Shown one piece after another: positions 19,033 to 27,461 of a DNA stretch of 64,000 bases. The position numbers were made by a program, and so were the translations under genes. This DNA is from Minisyncoccia bacterium (GTDB lineage Bacteria; Patescibacteriota; Minisyncoccia; Phycocordibacterales; Zambryskibacteraceae): positions 12,483 through 76,482 of the forward strand of contig JBGTNQ010000003.1 of assembly GCA_041742965.1 (NCBI GenBank), given 5' to 3'. The first letter of the stretch is position 1. The number at the start of each line of letters is the position of its first letter. The notes under the pieces were generated by a model, which did not search any database, was not told the DNA's origin, and saw only the letters and a list, made by a program, of their open reading frames with translations.

Positions 19033-19257
19033 CAATACAAAAAAACACCCAAAGGGTGTTTTTTTGCTTATAGGAGATGAAGAGAATTATTTCTTCATAT
19101 CCTTGCATCCACATGTACAAGTGCCATCTTCGTTGGTGTGAACATGTGAACATTTTTCACACTTTGTTTCATCGGTCATTTTTTCATATTTATTTAATAA
19201 GCATTAGTTAACACAAGACGTGCCGTTGTTTTATGACAAATATTACAACAAACGATT

Positions 19258-19806
19258 TTAACTATAGTCTGGCGTTCCTTTGATAACCTTTCTAGCCCGG
19301 TTGCTTTTTTTCAGTATTTTTCGAGCCTCTGGAGACTTTAACGGCAATCTTTTTTTCTTCATTTTTCTATCTACCAATTTTCCCAAAAGAAATATGGGGG
19401 TTTCGGAATAGTAATTTCCTTCAATGACAGGATGCATTTTTTTCTGAAATGTAACTGGTAAGGCATCCCGGATCAATTTTTTTGTGTGACTTGGGCAGAA
19501 AAGATAAACAGATTCGTAATTCGAAGCCTTAAGAAATTTTATTTGTTTTTTTAACTCTTTAATAAATCTGGAAATAATTTCGCTATTATTCACTTCACGT
19601 ACAGATCCCGATTTCATAACCATGCCTTGTGAGCGAACTTTGAAATGACCCTCGTTGTCAGTGTGCAAAGGCAGGGTTGCTCGAAATTCACCTGACCGCT
19701 TAATCGTGTCACCGCCAGTTTCATAGATGCGCATATTTTGCTTACCCGAAACAAGTAGTAAAATTTTCTTATCTCTAAATTGTGATAATTTATTGGGTAT
19801 AATCAT
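19258..19806 (-). CDS. Host-attachment / baeRF-like protein
   Basis: N-terminal beta strands, F-x-x-E-L helix, VYLFCP...IRDALP pattern resembling eRF1-domain-like folds. Confidence 0.55.
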   Translation of the reverse strand: MIIPNKLSQFRDKKILLLVSGKQNMRIYETGGDTIKRSGEFRATLPLHTDNEGHFKVRSQGMVMKSGSVREVNNSEIISRFIKELKKQIKFLKASNYESVYLFCPSHTKKLIRDALPVTFQKKMHPVIEGNYYSETPIFLLGKLVDRKMKKKRLPLKSPEARKILKKSNRARKVIKGTPDYS

Positions 19807-20051
19807 CTATTAATTATACCATAAAATTTGTTAGTGGACGAGCACGAGACCTAGTCAGCTATAATTTAACTTCGCTGTATTTGCAGAAGGAACACCTATA
19901 ATAAAAGTATTAGTTTAAAAAAGTTCCAACTTCATATTTGTAAGGCTTCAAGATGACATCTTGACATTCATTAGAAGTTGTTATAATTTTCGATGTAGAT
20001 AACACCGCTGTTGGGTGCTTACAATTTCATGTTCTTTTACAGGAGGTTAAT

Positions 20052-22241
20052 ATGTACCACATCGAAATGCCGCTTGTCGCCCTCTTTGGCTATCCAAAGG
20101 ACTTGGATCAGCTCATTTTCTTGGGAAGACAAGAAGAAATTGTCCTCACTTTGGGTGAGGAAATCAGGAGCACGATGCTTCAGTTTTTGGCTTTCTGTAA
20201 TGGTTCTCGGACACTTGAAGAAATTCAAGTCCTCATGCCGGAGATAGATAAGCTGACTTTTGAAGCAATCGTTTCGACTTGTGCAGGAGAAGGCATAATC
20301 TGTGATAGTAGAGAAATTCTCTATTCTTTCCATGCTGATTCTGCAAATCCATTGAGATTTGTAAGTGGCCTCTCTTCGAGACAGGCTGCGGAATTAATCG
20401 AATCACGGGCAAAGATTGTGCAGACAAGCAATGAGATTAAGGTCTTTTTGCCTCAGTCACAATTTCTATCGCTACTTCAAAGTCGAAAAAGTGCAGAGGG
20501 GTTTGAAGATAAGCCAATTCCCGCAGAAATGCTTGGGGGCTTGCTTGCCTCAATGTATTCACTGGGCAATAAACGACCAGTTCCGTCTGCAGGGAAGTTG
20601 TATCCACTTGATCTCTATATTTTTGTAAAAAGTATAGAGCAATCAATTCCTCGTGGCCTCTATCGTTATGATCCAGAACGTTTGGCTTTGTACAATCTCG
20701 ACAAAGAGATTCTTGATGGTCAGCTCAATCGAGCACTCGATTCCTATCAAGCAGAGGATGTGAGTTTCGTCATCTTTATAGCTGCTGACTTGGAAAGGGT
20801 GGCGACAAAATACTCAAATCGAGGCTACCGTTTAGCACACATCGAAGTTGGGCATGTTGCACAAAACGCGTACCTGTTTTGTGCAGAAAATGGAATTGGA
20901 ATTCGAGAAATTTGCGGATTTCAAGACCAGCTTACTGCTCAATTGCTCGAACTTAAGTATCCACAGAAGGCTGTCCTTTCGGTTTTGTTTGTGGGTGCTG
21001 AGTCGGATGGAAAAATTCAGAACGATTTGCCTGGGATTGCAGACAGGTTAAGAGATAGCCTTGTTGGTCCCAATAAGCCGATCGAATGGATTCGTTCCCG
21101 ATCACTCGTGTACGATGGGGACACCTTTCCAAAAGTGGCATCTATTGCAAAATTTCGAAGTGTAAATCAGAAGGGTGAGTTACTTTCACACCCTGATGAT
21201 GTTTCCTTCGGTCTCTCAGATGTAAGTCATGAGGCGGCTATTAAGGCGATGGTTGAAGGTTTTGAACGTCATGTGTGTAGCCTTGTACGCATAGATGCGC
21301 ACGCAAAGGCTGTAGACTTGGACTCAGATTTTTTTGATCCTCGAATTGCTACTCCCTTTTTACCTGAACAGGTTGTCAAACTCGATCTCCACCACTTTGA
21401 TCCTAAGAAGGAATGGGATTGGGTAGTTGGAGAGAGACTGTCATCGCAAAAAAGGGTATATGTACCGGTCGATCATGTCTACTATCCTGTGAGCTCGCAT
21501 GCTGGGCGATCACTATGCTATCGTTCAAACTCGAGCGGAGTGGCAGCACACTTTGATTCAGAAGAAGCGAAATCTCGTGCGCTGTATGAGCTCGTCGAGA
21601 GAGACGCCATTCTTGTTACCTGGCACTCCCAACGAAGAGTCAAGGAAGTGCCTGCAGAGCGACTGAGTCAGTATGTGGTTGCGAGAACTCGGTATTGGCG
21701 AGAGAAGGGTTGGAAGCTCATGTTTCTTGATCTTACTCTCGACAGTGTTCCGGTTATACTTGCAGTCATTTACTCGCGCCACATGTATCCCGCGTTCGTT
21801 AGCGGGTCATCCGCGCATTCGTCACGCCTTGTAGCGGCTCAAAAAGCGCTAGATGAGGCTGAAACAATCCTTATTCTCGCTCTAGGGGAGGAAGAAAAAA
21901 AGAAGATAAATCTCAAGGATGTAATGTCACCAATGGATCATGGTCGTTTGTACTTTGATCATGAAAATTTGGCGTACATTGAGTGGCTTCTAAATCCGTC
22001 TGGTGTTTCTTTAGACCAAGAGATAGCGACTCCAGACTTGATTTCGATGTTTGACCCTGTGATGGTCAGCTTGACCCCAAAGGAGCACCCTTCCGGTATT
22101 CATGTATCTCGAATACTCAGTGAAAAGTTGCTTCCGATTAATTTTGGGTACGGCACAGAACACCATGGACACCAACGGTTTGAAGTGGTAGGATTGAGCC
22201 AGGTGCCAGAGAGTTTGTTCTTTCCACATTTCTTCGCGTGA
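20052..22241 (+). CDS. Fused RRE-like / SagB-type FMN dehydrogenase / YcaO protein
   Basis: CNGSRTLEEI winged helix; RPVPSAGKLYPL and EVGHVAQN nitroreductase motifs; YcaO motifs EGFER, SNSSGVAAH, ELVERDA; C-terminal FPHFFA. Confidence 0.92.
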   Translation: MYHIEMPLVALFGYPKDLDQLIFLGRQEEIVLTLGEEIRSTMLQFLAFCNGSRTLEEIQVLMPEIDKLTFEAIVSTCAGEGIICDSREILYSFHADSANPLRFVSGLSSRQAAELIESRAKIVQTSNEIKVFLPQSQFLSLLQSRKSAEGFEDKPIPAEMLGGLLASMYSLGNKRPVPSAGKLYPLDLYIFVKSIEQSIPRGLYRYDPERLALYNLDKEILDGQLNRALDSYQAEDVSFVIFIAADLERVATKYSNRGYRLAHIEVGHVAQNAYLFCAENGIGIREICGFQDQLTAQLLELKYPQKAVLSVLFVGAESDGKIQNDLPGIADRLRDSLVGPNKPIEWIRSRSLVYDGDTFPKVASIAKFRSVNQKGELLSHPDDVSFGLSDVSHEAAIKAMVEGFERHVCSLVRIDAHAKAVDLDSDFFDPRIATPFLPEQVVKLDLHHFDPKKEWDWVVGERLSSQKRVYVPVDHVYYPVSSHAGRSLCYRSNSSGVAAHFDSEEAKSRALYELVERDAILVTWHSQRRVKEVPAERLSQYVVARTRYWREKGWKLMFLDLTLDSVPVILAVIYSRHMYPAFVSGSSAHSSRLVAAQKALDEAETILILALGEEEKKKINLKDVMSPMDHGRLYFDHENLAYIEWLLNPSGVSLDQEIATPDLISMFDPVMVSLTPKEHPSGIHVSRILSEKLLPINFGYGTEHHGHQRFEVVGLSQVPESLFFPHFFA

Positions 22242-22310
22242 AATCTCCACCGTTACGCCACATCAGGTCTACCGTTTACCCCAAGATTTCTGCTAAGAAA
22301 GGAGGGTGAG

Positions 22311-22421
22311 GTGCAGAAACCTCTTATTACGGTCCTTCGTCGACCGTACGCTGAGGACAAGACCACGGGTAGGAACTCGGCAAATGGCTGCAACAGTTCA
22401 TGTGGCCGTTGCTCTGGTTAG
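22311..22421 (+). CDS. Putative RiPP precursor peptide, 36 aa (MQKPLITVLRRPYAEDKTTGRNSANGCNSSCGRCSG)
   Basis: AGGAGG SD, GTG start, Cys/Ser/Gly-rich C-terminus, between YcaO gene and terminator; absent from the ORF track. Confidence 0.85.
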   Translation: MQKPLITVLRRPYAEDKTTGRNSANGCNSSCGRCSG

Positions 22422-22447
22422 CCAACTCGTGATCTCGCCCGAGAAGC

Positions 22448-22486
22448 AAAAAAGGACTCCCTGCTACTGGTGGTGAGTCCTTTTTT
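22448..22486 (+). terminator. Intrinsic terminator of the YcaO-precursor operon
   Basis: aaaaaaggactc...gagtcctttttt. Confidence 0.75.
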
Positions 22487-22504
22487 CTTTCATACTATTA
22501 CCAT

Positions 22505-23095
22505 ATGACAAAACTTTATATTAGACATAGTTACATATACGAAGAAACACTCGCTCGACTATCGGGAGAAAAGTTTGAGTGGGCAGATTTTGAGCGTGTC
22601 AAAAAATTTGCTGAACATTTTGGTATATATTGGGATAAATACAACGATCAAATTTTTGAATACTATAAAAATCTTGGGTTTAATCTTCCAGAATTTTGGA
22701 TTGCGTACCCGGTCAATAAAAGGAAAGGCCTTACGCCTTTTTCCGACCCCCTCACTTTCTTTGTCGAGGATGACTTTGACACTGCGGTTTCGATTTTAAT
22801 TCATGAACTTTGTCATGTATTTCTTATAATCAGCGAGAATATGGAATTTTCGAATGCTTTATGGGATGAAATTACAAAGAAATACCCTAATGAAGATTTT
22901 AATACTCACTCACACCTGCTTGTGAATCTTTTGGCAAAAGGGGGAATAACTCATGTATTTGGTGAGGAAAAAGCTGGAGCATTCCTTGCTCCGGAAAGAG
23001 AGATGGTTGGCCTTAAAGAAGCGTGGAAAATTATAGACTCAAAACCCGAAGTCTTAAATGAAAAGGACCCTTTAAAAGCGATCCACAATTTGTAG
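22505..23095 (+). CDS. Hypothetical HExxH zinc-metallopeptidase-like protein
   Basis: ILIHELCH motif. Confidence 0.6.
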   Translation: MTKLYIRHSYIYEETLARLSGEKFEWADFERVKKFAEHFGIYWDKYNDQIFEYYKNLGFNLPEFWIAYPVNKRKGLTPFSDPLTFFVEDDFDTAVSILIHELCHVFLIISENMEFSNALWDEITKKYPNEDFNTHSHLLVNLLAKGGITHVFGEEKAGAFLAPEREMVGLKEAWKIIDSKPEVLNEKDPLKAIHNL

Positions 23096-23240
23096 AAAGC
23101 ACTTTTATCTTTGCTACGGTCATACAACCTCCCTCTGTGAAGAGCTGTCCAGTTGGCATACTATCTATTTTCAAAAAAGTTTCCTCTTCATACCAGACGG
23201 TCGGTCAATGTTTGGGCTCGAACTTTGATATAATTTCAAA

Positions 23241-23822
23241 ATGCCAGACAATACTTGGAAAGAGTATTTTGAGAATACAAAAAACAAAGGTCCGCGACCT
23301 TTGCTTATAAAAGCGGTTGAATTGGTAAAAGAAAAAGACAAGGCCATTGATCTTGGTTCAGGTGCTTTTAATGATGTTAATTATCTTTTGTCTGTGGGAT
23401 TCAATCACATTGTTGCAGTAGACAAGGTGTCCGTGGCTGAGGAGATTCTAAAAAATTTACTACCCGCGAAGGTCTCTTATGTGATTTCTAGGTTTGAAGA
23501 ATTTGATTTTGTGGAGAATAATTTTGATTTGGTTAATGCACAGTATTCCTTGCCTTTCATTGAAAAAGCGAGTTTTGATGAGGTGTTTGGAAAAATTATA
23601 AAATCACTCAAAACAGACGGAGTTTTTGTAGGTCAGTTTTTTGGAGATAGGGATGAGTGGAATAAAGAGGGTAGTGACATGACCTTTCATACAAAGGAAG
23701 AGGCCCAAGCACTTCTTCAGGGGCTAAAGGTTTTGGAGTTTACAGAAGAAGAGAAGGATGGAAATACTGCTGCTGGAAACCTCAAGCACTGGCATGTTTT
23801 TCACTTTATTGCAGTAAAATAG
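23241..23822 (+). CDS. Class I SAM-dependent methyltransferase
   Basis: AIDLGSG motif I, FDLVNAQYSLPF, WHVFHFIA. Confidence 0.9.
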   Translation: MPDNTWKEYFENTKNKGPRPLLIKAVELVKEKDKAIDLGSGAFNDVNYLLSVGFNHIVAVDKVSVAEEILKNLLPAKVSYVISRFEEFDFVENNFDLVNAQYSLPFIEKASFDEVFGKIIKSLKTDGVFVGQFFGDRDEWNKEGSDMTFHTKEEAQALLQGLKVLEFTEEEKDGNTAAGNLKHWHVFHFIAVK

Positions 23823-23976
23823 CACCCCCAACACGACATCCCGATGGCGTGTTGGGGGGATTTGGTTCAAAGGGGCTTCTTCTCTGTATTTGGCGTGCCG
23901 AAGGTGCTGATGAGCCTGAGCTGGTGAAGGCGAAGAAGTATTGGGGTGGGGTGTTTCTTTGAGATATAATTGTTTT

Positions 23977-24465
23977 ATGAACAAAAGACTACTTTCTTCT
24001 GACGACTGGCAAAAACTCCGTGACATTAGACTAGTGGCTTTAAAAACCGATCCACAAGCATTTGGCGGAAATTTTGATGAGGAGGTGGATAGACAAGAGC
24101 TCGAGTGGAGAAAAAGATTAGAAAATCCAGATAGGTTTTCTGTTGCGATAGAAGAAAACGATATTTTAGTTTCTTTGGCCGGCGCTTTAAAAGATAAAGA
24201 AGACGGCAAGTGGATGCTTGTCGCAGTATATACACGACCGGAGGCGCGGGGTAGGGGGTATTCTCAAGAGCTAACCCAATTTGTGATTGAAGAGGTCAAG
24301 AGAAGGGGTGTGAGTGAAATAAAACTCACGGTTAATGTTGATCAGAAAGATGCTGTCCATGTATATAAAAAAACAGGTTTCAAAATTATGGAAACCAAAA
24401 GGGGAGAGAAGATGGGCGATGGAAAGTTACACGACGAATATCTAATGGTTAAAAAGTATGGCTAA
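23977..24465 (+). CDS. GNAT acetyltransferase
   Basis: VYTRPEARGRG, A..VYKKTGF. Confidence 0.9.
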   Translation: MNKRLLSSDDWQKLRDIRLVALKTDPQAFGGNFDEEVDRQELEWRKRLENPDRFSVAIEENDILVSLAGALKDKEDGKWMLVAVYTRPEARGRGYSQELTQFVIEEVKRRGVSEIKLTVNVDQKDAVHVYKKTGFKIMETKRGEKMGDGKLHDEYLMVKKYG

Positions 24466-24513
24466 CCAATTTGGCATTCCAAAAATAATAGATGAAAATT
24501 TAAGAAAATAAAT

Positions 24514-24633
24514 ATGAACACTTGGATTTTGGTACTCATAATCATAGTCTTGGCGTGGGTTCTGGTCTCAAAGAAGAGTCGGGACCAGCTTGCTCAAGGG
24601 GAGTGCGCCACCACCAACCTCTCAACTTTCTAA
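24514..24633 (+). CDS. Possible small membrane protein or gene remnant (39 aa)
   Basis: MNTWILVLIIIVLAWVLVSKKSRDQ...; single TM. Confidence 0.35.
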   Translation: MNTWILVLIIIVLAWVLVSKKSRDQLAQGECATTNLSTF

Positions 24634-24681
24634 TCTTCCAACTATTCTACTATTCGGGCGAATTAGCCGATGGTCTGTAAT

Positions 24682-24718
24682 AAAAAAGTGGTCTGTACTA
24701 AATAAGTACAGACCACTT
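24682..24718 (-). terminator. Terminator of the MFS gene
   Basis: aagtggtctgtact/agtacagaccactt with a T-tract on the minus strand. Confidence 0.7.
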
Positions 24719-24720
24719 CG

Positions 24721-25911
24721 TCAAACTGAGCCATTTCCGTTCCTACGAACAAGATAAGCTCCAACGACCAGAACACTACCAGCAACAATCCATGCCACGG
24801 TGATTCCGAACAGGTGGGCAATCAAACCGCTGATCACTAATCCGATCGCACCACCGATATGGGGTGCCATTCCACAGAAAGAAGTGATGGAGGCTCGTTC
24901 GTGTGACGGGATCCTTTGGTGGAGGAAGCTGTCAACCATTGGCGCCCAGAATCCTCTACCTAATTCATGTAGAAAGAAGAGGATTATTGCCATTGGTAGC
25001 ACGGACGAGATTGATGCCAAGGTTACGGTCAAACCCACAAACACCATCGATCCAAGAATTATTTTCCGCTCCCTGCCTTTTGCATTAATTTGAGATGCAA
25101 TGAGAGCACCGAGTGCAATGAAGATCATAATGCCAGTAAATACGAAGCCAAGATGTTCATCTCGCACCCCTTGGTTTCTGAAGAACGGTTGCCAGTACAT
25201 GTTGAGTGCCTGAACAGAGTAGATCTGGATGAATGTGATGATGAGGATGAACCTCACGGCTTTGTCCTTAGATCCGTACTGAATGCTTGATACTGCCGTA
25301 TCTCGCATTGATTTCAATCCTTCTTTCCATGAGAAAGTTTTTCTAATGAAGTATTCCTCACTCATGATGAAGTATGCGAGTAAAGCTACCAGTGCCATGC
25401 CGGCACTACCGACAAACCATGGCAGGGCCGAGTCTATGACAGCCAGGTATGCTCCGGCGATTGCTCCAATTCCTCCACCAATTTTGTCATAGAGGCTTGC
25501 TCTGCCGAAAATCTTGTTGAAAGCACCGTTATACCCATGGTGCTTCAGACTGTCGACAAGCCAAGCTTGGAATGCCCCAGTCCTGAATGTTATACCGATG
25601 GCGGCGATAATCTCAGCGCATATAAACCCTGTAAGTGTGTGTGAACTACCATAGACAAACATGGATAAAGAAAGTAGGACAGCTGACACCACGTATGATG
25701 ACTTTCTGCCGAATATATCTGCGAATGCTCCTGTAGGAATCTCGCAGATGAACAGGGTGGTGAAGAAAACAGCGTTGACCAAGTTTACTTCGAACAGATT
25801 CAATCCATTCTTCATCAGAAATGTCACATAAATTGCACTGATGATCTGCATTCCTCCAGCCGAAGCTAGAAAGGAGAGCAGGTAATACTGTCTGACAGTT
25901 TTTGTGTCCAT
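24721..25911 (-). CDS. MFS transporter (efflux-type)
   Basis: EIPTGAFADIFGRK motif A; about 12 TM; AGGAGG SD. Confidence 0.92.
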   Translation of the reverse strand: MDTKTVRQYYLLSFLASAGGMQIISAIYVTFLMKNGLNLFEVNLVNAVFFTTLFICEIPTGAFADIFGRKSSYVVSAVLLSLSMFVYGSSHTLTGFICAEIIAAIGITFRTGAFQAWLVDSLKHHGYNGAFNKIFGRASLYDKIGGGIGAIAGAYLAVIDSALPWFVGSAGMALVALLAYFIMSEEYFIRKTFSWKEGLKSMRDTAVSSIQYGSKDKAVRFILIITFIQIYSVQALNMYWQPFFRNQGVRDEHLGFVFTGIMIFIALGALIASQINAKGRERKIILGSMVFVGLTVTLASISSVLPMAIILFFLHELGRGFWAPMVDSFLHQRIPSHERASITSFCGMAPHIGGAIGLVISGLIAHLFGITVAWIVAGSVLVVGAYLVRRNGNGSV

Positions 25912-25969
25912 TGAACACCTCCTTGTTGGATGTTGTTGTTTTTAAAGAACATTCTTCTGGACTGGGATA

Positions 25970-26006
25970 AGAAAAATCCCGACTTTCGTCCAGTCGGGAT
26001 TTTTCT
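25970..26006 (-). promoter_or_regulatory. Attenuator-like hairpin in the MFS leader
   Basis: agaaaaatcccgact...agtcgggatttttct between promoter (26165-26193) and MFS start. Confidence 0.6.
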
Positions 26007-26399
26007 AGAAGATCTTTGAAAAGAGTGTTTACAAAGTCATATAAAAAACATCGCGACTAGGCGTAAGAGTGCTACCAGTATCGGCAGACACGAAGAGATA
26101 ACCACAAATGTTCTGTGGCTTCCGAGTCATATTCATAATGTTTTTATATGTATTCACGTTTTATACAATATGGCATCTTTCGCCCGGTGTCAAGCGGCAG
26201 GGAACTGTATTTTGTAGGCACTCATGCTTAGGCCAAGCTTTTAGGTGGTATTTTCCAACACGCCAACCAGTTGGCGTGTTGGGGGAGGGGATTTGTGAAT
26301 CATATATAACCTTGAAATATAGCCCCAAAAATGGTTTGATTGGAATAATGTAACTCATATGATAGGGTGGTCTTGGAACCACACACAAAAGGAGTGTTT

Positions 26400-26864
26400 A
26401 TGAGCATCATTTCCACGAGCACGATTCTGTTCTACGAAGGTCCGCATTACTACCTTTCCAACTTCTCCTCATTCGCCATTATCATTGAGGGAGAGATTTG
26501 GATGACAGTGGAGCACGCGTATCAGGCCAGCAAGTTTCCTGCCGAACGGTCTGAAATCCGGACAAGGATTCAGCGGGCGCTTTCTGCTCACGATGCCAAG
26601 CAGATTGCCAAGGCGCACAAGGGTGAAGCTTGTCCAGATTGGGACAAGAGGAAGCTCTCTGTAATGGAGGCACTTCTTCGCACCAAGCTGGAACAGCATT
26701 CGTATGTTCGAAGGAAGTTGTTGGAAACCGGCAATGCCAAACTGGTGGAGGATTCCCCAAAAGATTCTTTCTGGGGAAGGGGACCAGACTGGGGCGGCCT
26801 GAACCACCTCGGGCGCCTGTGGGAAAGGATTCGCGCCGAAGTGATGTTGGCGCCACACCCTTGA
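26400..26864 (+). CDS. NADAR (YbiA-like) family protein
   Basis: LSNF, TVEHAYQASKF, LLETG, DSFWG...NHLGRL. Confidence 0.92.
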   Translation: MSIISTSTILFYEGPHYYLSNFSSFAIIIEGEIWMTVEHAYQASKFPAERSEIRTRIQRALSAHDAKQIAKAHKGEACPDWDKRKLSVMEALLRTKLEQHSYVRRKLLETGNAKLVEDSPKDSFWGRGPDWGGLNHLGRLWERIRAEVMLAPHP

Positions 26865-26884
26865 TATGGCGCTCAGAAAAAATA

Positions 26885-26914
26885 ACAGACCCGCCGATTA
26901 CTCGGCGGGTCTGT
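26885..26914. terminator. Hairpin terminator
   Basis: acagacccgccga/tcggcgggtctgt. Confidence 0.6.
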
Positions 26915-26983
26915 ATAGTATTACAAGATTAGTGGGCGTATAATATAAATATAGATTTCAAATTATTAGTTAAATTTATTTTT

Positions 26984-27409
26984 ATGAAAAATTGGAATAC
27001 TTTAGTTTATGTGAAGCTTCGCATCGTCATGGGCCTCATTTTCTTGTGGGCCTTTTTTGATAAATTGTTAGGTCTTGGTTTTGCTACTAAAGCAGAAAAC
27101 GCTTGGATTAATGGTGGTTCGCCCACATATGGGTTCCTCACTCATGGCACAAAGGGGCCTTTTGCTGAGTTTTTTCAGAGTTTAGCCGGTGTCGCTGTAG
27201 TAGATTGGCTTTTCATGCTTGGACTTCTTGGTGTTGGAGTAGCTCTCGTTTTTAATAGATATGTTAAATGGGGTGCGATTGCAGGAAGCGTGATGATGTT
27301 TCTAATGTATATCGCCGCTTTTCCACCAGAAAACAATCCGCTACTTGATGATCATATAGTTTACATTCTCGTTCTGGCTATTTTGGCAATGAGGTCTAAA
27401 GACTCATAA
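26984..27409 (+). CDS. DoxX-family membrane protein
   Basis: LRIVMGLIFLWAFFDKLLG, NNPLLDDH. Confidence 0.85.
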   Translation: MKNWNTLVYVKLRIVMGLIFLWAFFDKLLGLGFATKAENAWINGGSPTYGFLTHGTKGPFAEFFQSLAGVAVVDWLFMLGLLGVGVALVFNRYVKWGAIAGSVMMFLMYIAAFPPENNPLLDDHIVYILVLAILAMRSKDS

Positions 27410-27461
27410 ACTTTTGGTGTTTTGCGTATAAAAAAAGTATGCCATTTGGTATAATTAAATA

